A DNA stretch of 29,372 bases, from the NCBI GenBank assembly GCA_048939765.1, contig JBHLPF010000038.1, positions 1-29,372 on the forward strand, given 5' to 3'. The notes beneath the pieces are model-generated. The model saw only the letters and a list, made by a program, of their open reading frames with translations. It searched no databases and was not told the origin of the DNA. Positions 19,209 through 28,407 of the stretch are shown here, piece by piece. The stretch comes from Promethearchaeota archaeon (GTDB taxonomy: Archaea > Asgardarchaeota > Thorarchaeia > Thorarchaeales > Thorarchaeaceae). The translations under genes were made by a program, and so were the position numbers. Numbering within the stretch: position 1 is the stretch's first letter; each line of letters opens with the position of its first letter.

Positions 19209-20354
19209 TCATTTTCTCCTAGCTAACTCTCGACGCAGGCTCAGTGAGGCGTCATAGAGTATCTCTGGTGGTGCAATTAGATAAAGGAGATTTCTTGAGT
19301 AGCCCGACTCAAAGACTATGCTTTGAAATATCAGTGTCTGAAGACTCTTCTCGATGTCCTCTGGAACGAACCTCACTCCCAGTTCTTCGCATTTGATCAA
19401 TACAAGTTCGTTGAGGGTCTGTCTGTCAATGTAGGTCTCAGTCTTGTATGTCATCAGATGTTGGGAAAGACTCTCTAAAACTAGAAGCGTCATGAAATCA
19501 TTCATGCTGATAGCATCGATAGTGTCCATGTAGTCCAAGTCCTGTGCTGCAGTGGTGATGTTTGAGGTAGCTGCCCGAACAGCATCTGATGTTATCTCCT
19601 GACCGCTCGATGCCATAGGCCAGAGCGCTTTGAGGGCTTCAACTGAAGTCCTTGGCTTACCAGCGTCGAACTCAATGACGCAGTCAGTGATGTATCTCAC
19701 AACCTCTTCGGTGAGGCCAAGTGGAAATGTGTCCTCAACTCTTTGTCTAACAATCTCATAGAGCTGTGACTGAGTGTAGGTGTCAAGAGGAACCTCAAAG
19801 TCATATGCGACCTTTGTCGCTGGACCCTTTGTGAGCAGTCGGTAGTCGTGACTGTTCAGAACCCCTATTGTGCTGGCTCTGATCTCCTTTGACAGATGCG
19901 CGAGCTTCGAATACACCTCCTCATTTGTTTCATCGATTCCATCAATGACGAAGACGGTCTTTTTTGTCGCAGAAGCTGCCATTCTCTTGAACTGCATCCA
20001 AAGCACGTCAAGGTCGAACGCCACTGTGATGGGTGAATTGGTTTCCCGGTGTATCTTGTCGTTTAGCTCAGCAACAATCTCTAGGGGGTCCTTCCGGCGC
20101 GCATCAACATAGACAGTGTATGCGTCAAACTGTTGTGGCGTGAGTTTCGTCAGGAAGTACCGGCTGAAAACAGTCATGCCGACGCCTGTTATTCCATGGA
20201 CAAGGCAATTGACACCATAGTCCTCTTCATAGCTGTCGCGGTATATCCCCTCAATCGCGTCAAGTTCTCTGTCTCGATGAAGGAGTCTCTCCGGGACATG
20301 GTAAGGATCAAACAAGCCCTTCGGGCTTCGATTCTGACGGACCATTCCTATCAT
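19209..20354 (-). CDS. Cdc6/Orc1-family AAA+ protein with degenerate Walker motifs
   Basis: N-terminal LFDPYHVPERLLHRDRELDAI, then YTQSQLYEIVRQRVE and a C-terminal wH-like CEELGV segment. Walker A reads GITGVGMT and Walker B reads VFVIDGID. Confidence 0.85.
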   Translation of the reverse strand: MIGMVRQNRSPKGLFDPYHVPERLLHRDRELDAIEGIYRDSYEEDYGVNCLVHGITGVGMTVFSRYFLTKLTPQQFDAYTVYVDARRKDPLEIVAELNDKIHRETNSPITVAFDLDVLWMQFKRMAASATKKTVFVIDGIDETNEEVYSKLAHLSKEIRASTIGVLNSHDYRLLTKGPATKVAYDFEVPLDTYTQSQLYEIVRQRVEDTFPLGLTEEVVRYITDCVIEFDAGKPRTSVEALKALWPMASSGQEITSDAVRAATSNITTAAQDLDYMDTIDAISMNDFMTLLVLESLSQHLMTYKTETYIDRQTLNELVLIKCEELGVRFVPEDIEKSLQTLIFQSIVFESGYSRNLLYLIAPPEILYDASLSLRRELARRK

Positions 20355-20373
20355 GGATTCGTCTAGATGAGGG

Positions 20374-20381
20374 TATATAAA
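20374..20381 (-). promoter_or_regulatory. TATA box of the cdc6-like gene
   Basis: TTTATATA on the minus strand lies 20-27 nt upstream of ATG 20354, consistent with a leaderless or short-leader archaeal promoter. Confidence 0.6.
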
Positions 20382-20415
20382 CCCCCTAACCGAAAGTATT
20401 CTTGCGAGAATCTCT

Positions 20416-21753
20416 CTAAACCATTGAACTCAACACATCATTGCAGGACTCATCAAGGATGAAGCTATTGAATCCTCCACCAATGGTCTTTCGAAGCTCA
20501 TTCAGACGAGCTGACTTGGCCTTGTCATCAAAGGGCCACTTGTGCTCGGGCTTTGGAGTCACTCCGAGAGAGTCGCATTTTCCGACTATATCAAGAATGG
20601 TCTGCAATAGCTGATTTCCTGTCTTACCTTCCGGTCGAATCTCTCTAGAGTGCATGATGATGCCATATGCTGCAGTGTTGTCACCTAGGTACCATTTGCT
20701 GGGGGCGTGCCCATACTTTGCAAAAGGCACAAGGTCATTGCTCCTCAGGAGGGCATCAATCTCATACAAGATATGCTGCATATTCCTCAGGCTATCCTTA
20801 TGAAAGCCATAGCCCTCAAACAATGCCATCTGAATTCCTTCCTTAGGATTTCGCTTGGGCAGTTTGATCCTGATGCCCTTCATCCGTTCCAACTCATCTT
20901 TGTCCAGACGTTTGATATCAACAAACTCCTTCATCTCAGACTCATAGTCCTCTGGATACTGAAGGATGAGCAATGGCGGATTGAATCCCTCGCGGACATC
21001 TGGATGGGCCATCACAATGGTTTCTCCATAGCGAATTGGGCTCTTGCGCTTTATCATTCTGTCAACTGCTTGACCTAGAGCGTCGTAGTCAGGAAACTCA
21101 GCTAATGAACCAACCAGGGTTTCATTGACTAGCGGTCGGATCGCAAGCTTCAGTTCAGTAATGAATCCAAGGGTGCCGTGAGAGCTAGCGACATCATGAA
21201 TGGTCATCCCTTTCTTGTTAAGTACCTGTTCAAGGTCAGGATCATCTGATTTGACACCTTCATGGCTCACTGTGAGTAGTCGCCCATCATATGTGACCAT
21301 CTTCACCTTGATGGTGTTATCTCGCATAGTTCCATTTACCCAGGTATCATTGCCGCCACCATCAGTTGACAGAATTCCTCCCACAGTGGCGATATCCCTG
21401 CTGCTTGGTGCCACAAACAGCTTCATTCCCATAGGCTCAAGAACCGCGTTTATCTCATCGGGAGTCAAACCTGGCTGGACATCAACAAATCCCATGTCCT
21501 TCGAAATAGTAAGCATCTCTGTCATCTGTAGACTGCTCATCATGATGCGGTCACTGTCGCCGCCAGTACAAGCTCCGCTGAGGCCTGACCCGCCACCTTT
21601 GGGTGTGACTTCATACCCATTTTCGCGGGCAAATGCAATTGCAGCCAGCACATCAGCCTCTGTCTTGGGATAGTAGACTCCCCTTATCTTCTTGAAGTTC
21701 AATCTATAGTACATAGAGGCGTTGGCACCGATGGCAATGTCTCTCAGCTTCAT
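20416..21753 (-). CDS. FAD-binding oxidoreductase (FAD_binding_4; GlcD/D-lactate dehydrogenase-like)
   Basis: YYPKTEADV...VTPKGGGSGLSGAC, VQPGL, PSSRDIATVGG, SHGTLGFITE. The real start is ATG 21753 (AGGAGG upstream, 1 nt after the upstream stop), not 21915. Confidence 0.88.
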   Translation of the reverse strand: MKLRDIAIGANASMYYRLNFKKIRGVYYPKTEADVLAAIAFARENGYEVTPKGGGSGLSGACTGGDSDRIMMSSLQMTEMLTISKDMGFVDVQPGLTPDEINAVLEPMGMKLFVAPSSRDIATVGGILSTDGGGNDTWVNGTMRDNTIKVKMVTYDGRLLTVSHEGVKSDDPDLEQVLNKKGMTIHDVASSHGTLGFITELKLAIRPLVNETLVGSLAEFPDYDALGQAVDRMIKRKSPIRYGETIVMAHPDVREGFNPPLLILQYPEDYESEMKEFVDIKRLDKDELERMKGIRIKLPKRNPKEGIQMALFEGYGFHKDSLRNMQHILYEIDALLRSNDLVPFAKYGHAPSKWYLGDNTAAYGIIMHSREIRPEGKTGNQLLQTILDIVGKCDSLGVTPKPEHKWPFDDKAKSARLNELRKTIGGGFNSFILDESCNDVLSSMV

Positions 21754-21754
21754 G

Positions 21755-22867
21755 TCATTCGTCGCCTCCTTTGCTGGCATCCGCCAAGAGTTCCACAATA
21801 TCCTTGGTTCTGTTATTACTTGCAAGCAACTGCTCACGACAGGATGGGCATGCAGTAACAACAACTGTGCCCTTGAGTTTCTCCTTTGCCGCTCTTGCTT
21901 GCATGATAATATCACTCAAATTCGGGTCTGTCATCCGGAGGAGTCCCCCTCCGCCGCAGCAACTGGCCTCCATCTCCCGATATTCCACACCGAGTTTCCT
22001 TAGAAGTGACCTCGGCTCTGTCTTGATGCCAAGAATCCTATGAAGCTCACATGGATCATGATATGCTAGGTCCTCAGTCTGCTCATACTTCGGTGTGGTT
22101 TCCATCTTCTGGTCGAAGAACTGTGTGTGATGCAGCGCCTCTACATTCTCAAGATTGTGGTGCTCTCTCAACTGGATTAGGCATCCTGGGCAGCATGTCA
22201 CAACTCTCTTTGCTTTCGCATCCTGAATAACAGACTTGTTGTGTTTACGAAGATCTTCTGCTCCTTTCTCATCGCCCATCAGATAGAGGGGATGTCCGCA
22301 GCAATTCTCTTCAGCCCCCATCACGAGGTAGTCTTCTCCTAAATCCTCCAGCACTGTGAACAGCGACCTTAGAACGTCCATCTGACTTCCACGAAATGAC
22401 ATGAGGCAACCTAGAAACACCATCGTGTCCGCGGTCTTTCCCTTTTCGTATACTCGGTCCCCGAGACCCGGAATGTCATCTTCGAGCTCATCAAGCCAGT
22501 AGACAACTCTGTCCTCTGGATCGAGTCCGTAGATGTTAGCTACGTTAGCCAGGGCATCTCTAAGTGCGTCCAAGTACTCGAACTCTTCGGGTGCCGTTTC
22601 AATAGCTTTGGCCCGTTGCTCATGCCAGACCTTGAGAAGATCTACGTCAGACGAACACACTTCCGAGCATCTTCCACAGAGAGTACACTGGAAGAGTAGT
22701 TGTCTGAACTCCTTGGCCAGTTCTGGATCATCCTCTATCTGGTCCATGATCTGCAATAGGTATATTTTCCCTCTAGGAGAATACTGCTCTTCCCCAACCG
22801 CGTCAAATAATGGGCAGAACTTGACGCAAGAGCCGCACCTTACACACTTGTCATATGAATTCGACAT
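21755..22867 (-). CDS. Fe-S protein with a 2x[4Fe-4S] ferredoxin domain and two CCG domains (GlcF/GlpC/HdrD-like)
   Basis: CVRCGSCVKFCP and CTLCGRCSEVC; CCG domains FLGC...NCCGHP...TCCPGC and YHDPC...SCCGGGG...TACPSC. Confidence 0.9.
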   Translation of the reverse strand: MSNSYDKCVRCGSCVKFCPLFDAVGEEQYSPRGKIYLLQIMDQIEDDPELAKEFRQLLFQCTLCGRCSEVCSSDVDLLKVWHEQRAKAIETAPEEFEYLDALRDALANVANIYGLDPEDRVVYWLDELEDDIPGLGDRVYEKGKTADTMVFLGCLMSFRGSQMDVLRSLFTVLEDLGEDYLVMGAEENCCGHPLYLMGDEKGAEDLRKHNKSVIQDAKAKRVVTCCPGCLIQLREHHNLENVEALHHTQFFDQKMETTPKYEQTEDLAYHDPCELHRILGIKTEPRSLLRKLGVEYREMEASCCGGGGLLRMTDPNLSDIIMQARAAKEKLKGTVVVTACPSCREQLLASNNRTKDIVELLADASKGGDE

Positions 22868-22944
22868 TGTTTGATCTCCGAATGAGAGCTAAGGCATCGT
22901 CGTTTGACGAGGTTTTAGTCTTGCTGATATCTGCTTCTTTTGAA

Positions 22945-22981
22945 TAGAAAAAGAGAGGGGTTGCGGCGGAATGGCCGCCGC
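22945..22981 (-). terminator. Hairpin plus pyrimidine/U tract downstream of the malic enzyme gene
   Basis: Perfect 7-bp stem GCGGCGG (22963-22969)/CCGCCGC (22975-22981) with a 5-nt loop, followed on the minus strand by CCCCTCTCTTTTTCTA. Confidence 0.6.
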
Positions 22982-22989
22982 GTCAATTT

Positions 22990-24351
22990 CTAAGTTGCAG
23001 GTGCCTTTGGTATGTAGCCTTCTCGATAGAGCATCTCAGAGGCGGCACGCGCAGTTCGTATGATATTCTCCGCATGCTTGTAGAGCTCCTTCTCCTCCCA
23101 CTCCTTCCTCGCGATACCCTGTTCTATCGCTTTCATCCCGACGGCTGTCGCCTCCAGTGGATATAACTCCCATTGGTCCATGGTCGGGATGACCTTCCTC
23201 TCACTCGCCTCCTTTGCTCCGAGGTCAGCCAATGCCTTAGCTGCAGCAATACACATTTCGTCAGTGATGGTGGTAGCCATCACATCAAGGGTGCCTCTGA
23301 ATATGCCAGGGAATCCAAGGGAGTTGTTAATCTGGTTGTCGAAGTCGCTTCGGCCAGTTCCAACAATCCTCGCTCCTGCCTCCTTGGCATCCCATGGCCA
23401 AATCTCAGGAAGTGGGTTTGCACATGCATAGACAATGGCATCTGATGCCATCTTTGATACCCACTCCTTCTTCACAGAACCGGGTGTGGGTGTGGAGGCT
23501 GTGATCAATACATCCATTCCTTCGATGACCTCGCCAAGGTTCCCTGTATGTCGTTCTGGATTTGTCTTCTGTGCTAGATCATACTTGAAGGTATCATAGT
23601 CCTTCTGCTTGACTATGTCCTCGCGGTCCGCATAGATGGCACCCTTACTATCGACCATAATGACATTCTTTGGGTCGACGCCAGCTGAGAGAAGGAGGTA
23701 GGCAGTCCTGGTGTTAGCCGCACCAACTCCTTGGAACGCTACTCTTACATTCTCTATCTCTTTCTTGACAACGTTCAAGCCTCCAAAGACGCCTGCGAGA
23801 ACAACCGTGGCAGTTCCTTGCGCATCGTCGTGCCAAACTGGTATCTTTATTTCCGGATCATTGCGAAGCTCCTCCAGGATCCTGTAGCACTTTGGCTTTG
23901 AGATGTCTTCTAGGTTTATCCCTCCAAAGGAGGGCTGTAGGAGCTTCACCGTCTTGATAATCTCATCAGGATCTTTTGTATCTAGACAGAGTGGCCATGC
24001 ATCAACACCGCCCAGATATTTGAATAGGATTGACTTCCCCTCCATGACAGGACCGGCAGCATAAGGTCCGATGTCACCAAGGCCCAGTACTCTTGTTCCA
24101 TCGCTAACTACTGCGACCATATTGCCTCGGTTGAGCATATCATAGGAGGCTTCTTCGTTTTCCTTAATTGCTAGACAGGCCTTAGCCACACCAGGAGTGT
24201 ACCAGATTGCAAAGTCAGAGAAGTCACGGACGGGTGCCTTCCCGATGCTCTGAATCTTCCCCTTGTAGAAAGGATGCAGTATCATGGCGTCCTTTCCCGG
24301 CTTCTCAGCCTTCTTCTTCAGTTCTTCAACTGTAAGTTTCTCTTCAGGCAT
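22990..24351 (-). CDS. NAD(P)-dependent malic enzyme
   Basis: YTPGVA, VSDGTRVLGLGDIG, PVMEGK, FGGINLEDI, PVWHDDAQGTA, ANPLPEI, TGRSDFDNQINNSLGFPGIFRG. The ATG at 24351 (MPEEKL) is preferred. Confidence 0.95.
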   Translation of the reverse strand: MPEEKLTVEELKKKAEKPGKDAMILHPFYKGKIQSIGKAPVRDFSDFAIWYTPGVAKACLAIKENEEASYDMLNRGNMVAVVSDGTRVLGLGDIGPYAAGPVMEGKSILFKYLGGVDAWPLCLDTKDPDEIIKTVKLLQPSFGGINLEDISKPKCYRILEELRNDPEIKIPVWHDDAQGTATVVLAGVFGGLNVVKKEIENVRVAFQGVGAANTRTAYLLLSAGVDPKNVIMVDSKGAIYADREDIVKQKDYDTFKYDLAQKTNPERHTGNLGEVIEGMDVLITASTPTPGSVKKEWVSKMASDAIVYACANPLPEIWPWDAKEAGARIVGTGRSDFDNQINNSLGFPGIFRGTLDVMATTITDEMCIAAAKALADLGAKEASERKVIPTMDQWELYPLEATAVGMKAIEQGIARKEWEEKELYKHAENIIRTARAASEMLYREGYIPKAPAT

Positions 24352-24507
24352 TATATGGAGCCCCTTCATTTCGCCAGACGTACCCATAGCAATACGTCAC
24401 ACAGGTACCGGGGCACATGCAGCTTCGATTAAAGTCTATGCCTTCTGGACTAATAGCTGTATGAGCTATTTCATTAGCCCCTAGCATAATTTCGGTTGTG
24501 ATGAGAA

Positions 24508-25251
24508 ATGCCTGGCATTGGCGATGATTTCTACCGAAAGTCAAAGTACACGAGAGGTAACCTTCCGAGACATAGACTGGACTGGAGCAGTAAGCCGCCT
24601 ACATACAAGAGATATGACTCTGCCCAAAAGATTCAGCTTCCAAAGCCATCCGCCGAAGGAGGTAGTGGTCTGTGGGAAATCCTCAGAAGAAGACGCAGCA
24701 GGCGCGCCTATACCGATGAATCTCTGACACTGGAGGATCTATCGCAAATCGTCTGGGCAGCTCAGGGGGTCACCGCACATGTTGGTGATTATGCCCTCAG
24801 AACTGCTCCTTCTGCAGGTGCACTCTACCCTATTGAAACCTATCTCTGTGTCAACAGGGTCTCTGGATTGGACTCAGGTCTGTATCACTTTTCGGTTCCC
24901 AGCCATGAGCTAGATTTCATTAAGCCTGGGGAATTCGGTGGAGAAGTCAGTAGAGGGGCACTTGATCAAAAGATGGCAGAGCAGGCTGCTGTGGTGTTCA
25001 TCTGGTCAGCCGTGTTTCAACGATCAAAGTGGAAGTATCTGCAACGTGCCTACCGATATGTATTCCTCGATGCGGGCCATATAGCGCAGAATCTTGCCTT
25101 GGCTGCAGAAGCACTTGGTTACGGCACATGTCAAATTGGAGCAATCTACGACGATGAGCTGAACCAGCTCTTGGACCTTGATGGGGAGGAAGAGAGTGTC
25201 ATCTACTTGAGTACAGTGGCTCGCCCACAAAGACAACATGAGCCTGTCTAG
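24508..25251 (+). CDS. SagB/ThcOx-family FMN-dependent dehydrogenase (nitroreductase superfamily)
   Basis: RRRSRRAY, LRTAPSAGALYPIE, WKYLQRAYRYVFLDAGHIAQNL. Confidence 0.9.
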   Translation: MPGIGDDFYRKSKYTRGNLPRHRLDWSSKPPTYKRYDSAQKIQLPKPSAEGGSGLWEILRRRRSRRAYTDESLTLEDLSQIVWAAQGVTAHVGDYALRTAPSAGALYPIETYLCVNRVSGLDSGLYHFSVPSHELDFIKPGEFGGEVSRGALDQKMAEQAAVVFIWSAVFQRSKWKYLQRAYRYVFLDAGHIAQNLALAAEALGYGTCQIGAIYDDELNQLLDLDGEEESVIYLSTVARPQRQHEPV

Positions 25252-25721
25252 AGCTTGAGCCCCCAATGGTCAACAATCTGAGATGCATGTTCCGAAGAGC
25301 GTACCTTGTCTTGCCCCTCAGACCCTCCAAAGATAGCTTCAATCTTGCCCTCTTCATCAATCAAGTAGGTTATGCGCTTAACGCCAACTCCAATGACATT
25401 CAATCTGCTATAAGCTCCATAGAGTTTGGCTATCTCAAGGTCCTCATCCATCAGTATGTTGAAAGGAAGATTGTACTTCCCTCTGAATTTCCGGTGAAGC
25501 TCTGCTGATCCTCCCGAGATTCCGAAGATTGGAATTCCAGACCCCTCAAATATCTGATAGCTATCGCGAAGAGAGCATGCCTCAGCAGTACATCCGGGCG
25601 TGAAGTCTTTGGGATAGAAGTAGAGGACAATCTTCTTTCCCCGGTAATCGCTGAGTTTGAACTTGTTACCTGTGTCGTCTTCGGTTTGGAAATCTGGAGC
25701 GTCGTCGCCTACGCGTAACAT
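25248..25721 (-). CDS. bcp: Bcp/PrxQ peroxiredoxin
   Basis: VGDDAPDF, YFYPKDFTPGCTAEAC, RITYLIDEEG. Confidence 0.93.
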   Translation of the reverse strand: MLRVGDDAPDFQTEDDTGNKFKLSDYRGKKIVLYFYPKDFTPGCTAEACSLRDSYQIFEGSGIPIFGISGGSAELHRKFRGKYNLPFNILMDEDLEIAKLYGAYSRLNVIGVGVKRITYLIDEEGKIEAIFGGSEGQDKVRSSEHASQIVDHWGLKL

Positions 25722-25732
25722 GACATCCGCTC

Positions 25733-26215
25733 CTACAGCTTGAGGCCCCAGAACTTGATGACCTGATCCGCATGGTCCTTGGTCTTGACCTTCTCGATAC
25801 CCTCTGGGCCACCGAATATTCCCTCCACCTTGCCATCCTCATCGATGAGGAAGGTTGTTCGAACGATCCCTAGGTATTCCTTCCCGTACATCTTTTTAGT
25901 CTGGTAGACATCATAGAGCTTTGCTATCTCGAAATCCTCATCCATAAGAAGTGGAAATGGGAGGTCGTTCTTATCCTTGAAACTCTGGTGCGACTTCGCT
26001 GTTCCTCCCGACACACCAAAGACTGGAATATCGTTTCCTTCAAACACATTGTAGCTGTCTCTGATTGAACATGCCTCAGCTTTGCATCCTGTCGTATTGT
26101 CCTTAGGATAGAAGTAGAGAAATACTTTCTTTCCCTTGTATGCGCTGAGTTTGAACTCATCTCCACTCTCCGTCGTTGTCTTGAAATCTGGAGCTTTGTC
26201 ACCTATTCTTATCAT
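25733..26215 (-). CDS. bcp: Bcp/PrxQ peroxiredoxin (tandem paralogue)
   Basis: IGDKAPDF, YFYPKDNTTGCKAEAC, KKMYGKEYLGIVRTTFLIDEDG. Confidence 0.93.
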   Translation of the reverse strand: MIRIGDKAPDFKTTTESGDEFKLSAYKGKKVFLYFYPKDNTTGCKAEACSIRDSYNVFEGNDIPVFGVSGGTAKSHQSFKDKNDLPFPLLMDEDFEIAKLYDVYQTKKMYGKEYLGIVRTTFLIDEDGKVEGIFGGPEGIEKVKTKDHADQVIKFWGLKL

Positions 26216-26237
26216 AGTTGTTTTCCCACAAGAGAAT

Positions 26238-26274
26238 TAATTATTGTTAATAATGCCTAGATAATTATTGATAA
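26238..26274. promoter_or_regulatory. AT-rich repeated/palindromic operator-like element upstream of the bcp pair
   Basis: TAATTATTGTTAA (26238-26250) and TAATTATTGATAA (26262-26274) match at 12/13. There is also an inverted repeat ATTATT-GTT-AATAAT (26240-26254). Confidence 0.5.
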
Positions 26275-26360
26275 AGATTGCTCTCTGGCAGGAAAGTCTT
26301 TGTCCTGAATCAGCAATCCTTAAAGAGAACATTATTCCGAATCAATGAGATGGTGGAGAG

Positions 26361-27359
26361 ATGTCTGCAAGTCCTATTGAGTATAAGTCGGATTGGGGAC
26401 TCATCACCGCCTTCATTGTCGGTATCGTATTGAACTTAGCAGTGGGCGTTATTATCTCATTGGTCTGTCTGCCCCTCCCGTTCGATTTGGTTCTGGTACT
26501 TGCATTGTTTCTGGGGTTCCCGACACTTTCCGCAATCTTTGCCTATTTCATCGGTTGGTACACCAAGAAACACATAGCAGAATATACGCCACCCGACTGG
26601 GAGTTCAAGCCAGTTCAATTGAAGCTTGAGGAAGTCCCTGAAATGGTCAAGGAATATCACCGCGAGTATCGGCGACTCGAGGCTAGAAGCAATTACTGGA
26701 CATATCACCTTCCTCTCATTGTGATTATGCTAATATTCAGCATACCATTCTATCTCTCCTTTATTGACTCCAGCGTTCTGCCATTGGCTCAACTCGTACT
26801 TCCTGCTGGATTGATTCTCAACCATGCCGTCGCTTCTATCGGAGCGTTCTTTGCCACTTCCAATGAAGCATCAGAAGACTTCGCACTCCCGTTGGTTAGA
26901 GAGGCGCTCTGGCTTGGGACTACGCAGTCAAAGATTCCTGGGATTGGTCAAATCCGCCTTGTCTTGGATAAGGCGGTTCATGAGGATTTTCGCGTATACC
27001 GAGAGCCGCGAATTGTCATGCGAATCTCTGGGTTTGAACATGATGCCTACATTGAGTCTTGGTCTGAAGACCTTAGAGCGATAACCAGAGTGCTTTGTCG
27101 ATTGTATGAGAATAAGGAACATGGTCAGGTGGTTTGGTGGTGGTTTGCTACTGATCGCAATTTTCGGAAGTATACGGATTCAGATGATACAGGCTACTAT
27201 GTGCGTCTTCCAGTATCATCCCGAGCGAAGGAATTGGGAGTCAGAGATGTGCGCCTCGTGACAGAGAATGCAGTGGCAATCGTACTACTAGAAATATCAC
27301 GGCTTCGAGGCGAATCAAGCGAAATCGCATCTCTTTTGGCAGGCCTCGGTGTTGCCTAG
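26361..27359 (+). CDS. Hypothetical 4-TM membrane protein with a soluble C-terminal domain (paralogue A)
   Basis: Two hydrophobic hairpins separated by a charged loop (KKHIAEYTPPDWEF...EYHREYRRL); GGTGGAG SD. Confidence 0.8.
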   Translation: MSASPIEYKSDWGLITAFIVGIVLNLAVGVIISLVCLPLPFDLVLVLALFLGFPTLSAIFAYFIGWYTKKHIAEYTPPDWEFKPVQLKLEEVPEMVKEYHREYRRLEARSNYWTYHLPLIVIMLIFSIPFYLSFIDSSVLPLAQLVLPAGLILNHAVASIGAFFATSNEASEDFALPLVREALWLGTTQSKIPGIGQIRLVLDKAVHEDFRVYREPRIVMRISGFEHDAYIESWSEDLRAITRVLCRLYENKEHGQVVWWWFATDRNFRKYTDSDDTGYYVRLPVSSRAKELGVRDVRLVTENAVAIVLLEISRLRGESSEIASLLAGLGVA

Positions 27360-27408
27360 TTCACACCAATAATACTCAACAATAATGACTTCAGAATGAT
27401 GTCGAGGA

Positions 27409-28365
27409 TTGACATTGACAGAGGAGCCAGTGACATATTCATCACTAATACCATATTACATTCTACTCTTTGCGGTTCTCATCATCTGGTCCTTTGCTGG
27501 TGTTGAGGCCTCATCGTATCTCATAGTCAGTCTATACTCAAATCCGCTCATTTGGGTTACCTACTCAATATCCATAGTTGTAGCTGTATCTCCAATTCTT
27601 TGGCTAATTGCCAGAACGATGAAGCGGCAGATATCCCTTAATCACGATGTTTCTTGGGAATTCCATGCTCAGGAGCTTCAGTATGATGAATATGCAGCCA
27701 TGATGGCGGACTATCGTTCGGGGTATTCACATCTGATTGCAAGGAGTGACCAAAGCCTACTGATTGCTTCAATTGTTGCATTGATAGCAGCTGTGATAGT
27801 TCCAGTGGCACTTGCAGCTATTTCAATTAGTCTTCTGTTCATTCTTCCTTTTACATACGGCGCACTGCAGCTAGTTTATGGAATTCTATTGACGACCTAC
27901 TTCTATCGTAGTATCTCCAATGATGCGAGTGCGCATTTTCACTATGAGAATCCGGATCGCTTGAAGAAAGCCTGTATGCTATTGGAAGATACGCCTGGGT
28001 TTGCAATGGTTGGCGTAGGATTCCTAATTAGCGAAGCTGGGGGATACTATGCATTTCGAAGCCCGGCTGCTATAGGTCGAATAGCAGGAATCGAAGCAGT
28101 CGCAAAGGTCGAGGTCACTGTTGGAGACATCTCTCCTCCAATGACCGCCTTTGGCACCGTTTCTTCCACCGCGGAGGGTGAAGCATCAAAAAGAATGATG
28201 GAGATTGAGCTGGGAAAAGAGTTGAAACAGTTGGAAGGAATAGTACGATGGTGCATCACAACTTATGTTGAAGAGAATGGGAGCAATGAGATTCTGGATG
28301 AATTGATGGAAGAGCTTGCAATTGACTTGGAATCAGGTGAGGACTCTCCTCCTTCAATCGATTAG
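27409..28365 (+). CDS. Hypothetical 4-TM membrane protein (paralogue B)
   Basis: Same architecture, with loop KRQISLNHDVSWEF...DYRSGYSHL. TTG start at 27409 or 27415. Confidence 0.8.
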   Translation: MTLTEEPVTYSSLIPYYILLFAVLIIWSFAGVEASSYLIVSLYSNPLIWVTYSISIVVAVSPILWLIARTMKRQISLNHDVSWEFHAQELQYDEYAAMMADYRSGYSHLIARSDQSLLIASIVALIAAVIVPVALAAISISLLFILPFTYGALQLVYGILLTTYFYRSISNDASAHFHYENPDRLKKACMLLEDTPGFAMVGVGFLISEAGGYYAFRSPAAIGRIAGIEAVAKVEVTVGDISPPMTAFGTVSSTAEGEASKRMMEIELGKELKQLEGIVRWCITTYVEENGSNEILDELMEELAIDLESGEDSPPSID

Positions 28366-28407
28366 CTTATCTCAACAATTATCCCCCAAATCACAGTAGT
28401 AGGGTCG

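Noticed and set aside
21754-21915. ORF-track N-terminal extension of the FAD oxidoreductase
   Set aside because: It overlaps the Fe-S gene; ATG 21753 has an SD and is coupled to the upstream stop.
24508-25251. SagB-like gene as a sign of a RiPP (azole) cluster
   Set aside because: No YcaO, precursor peptide or transporter is nearby, and stand-alone SagB-type nitroreductases are common in archaea.
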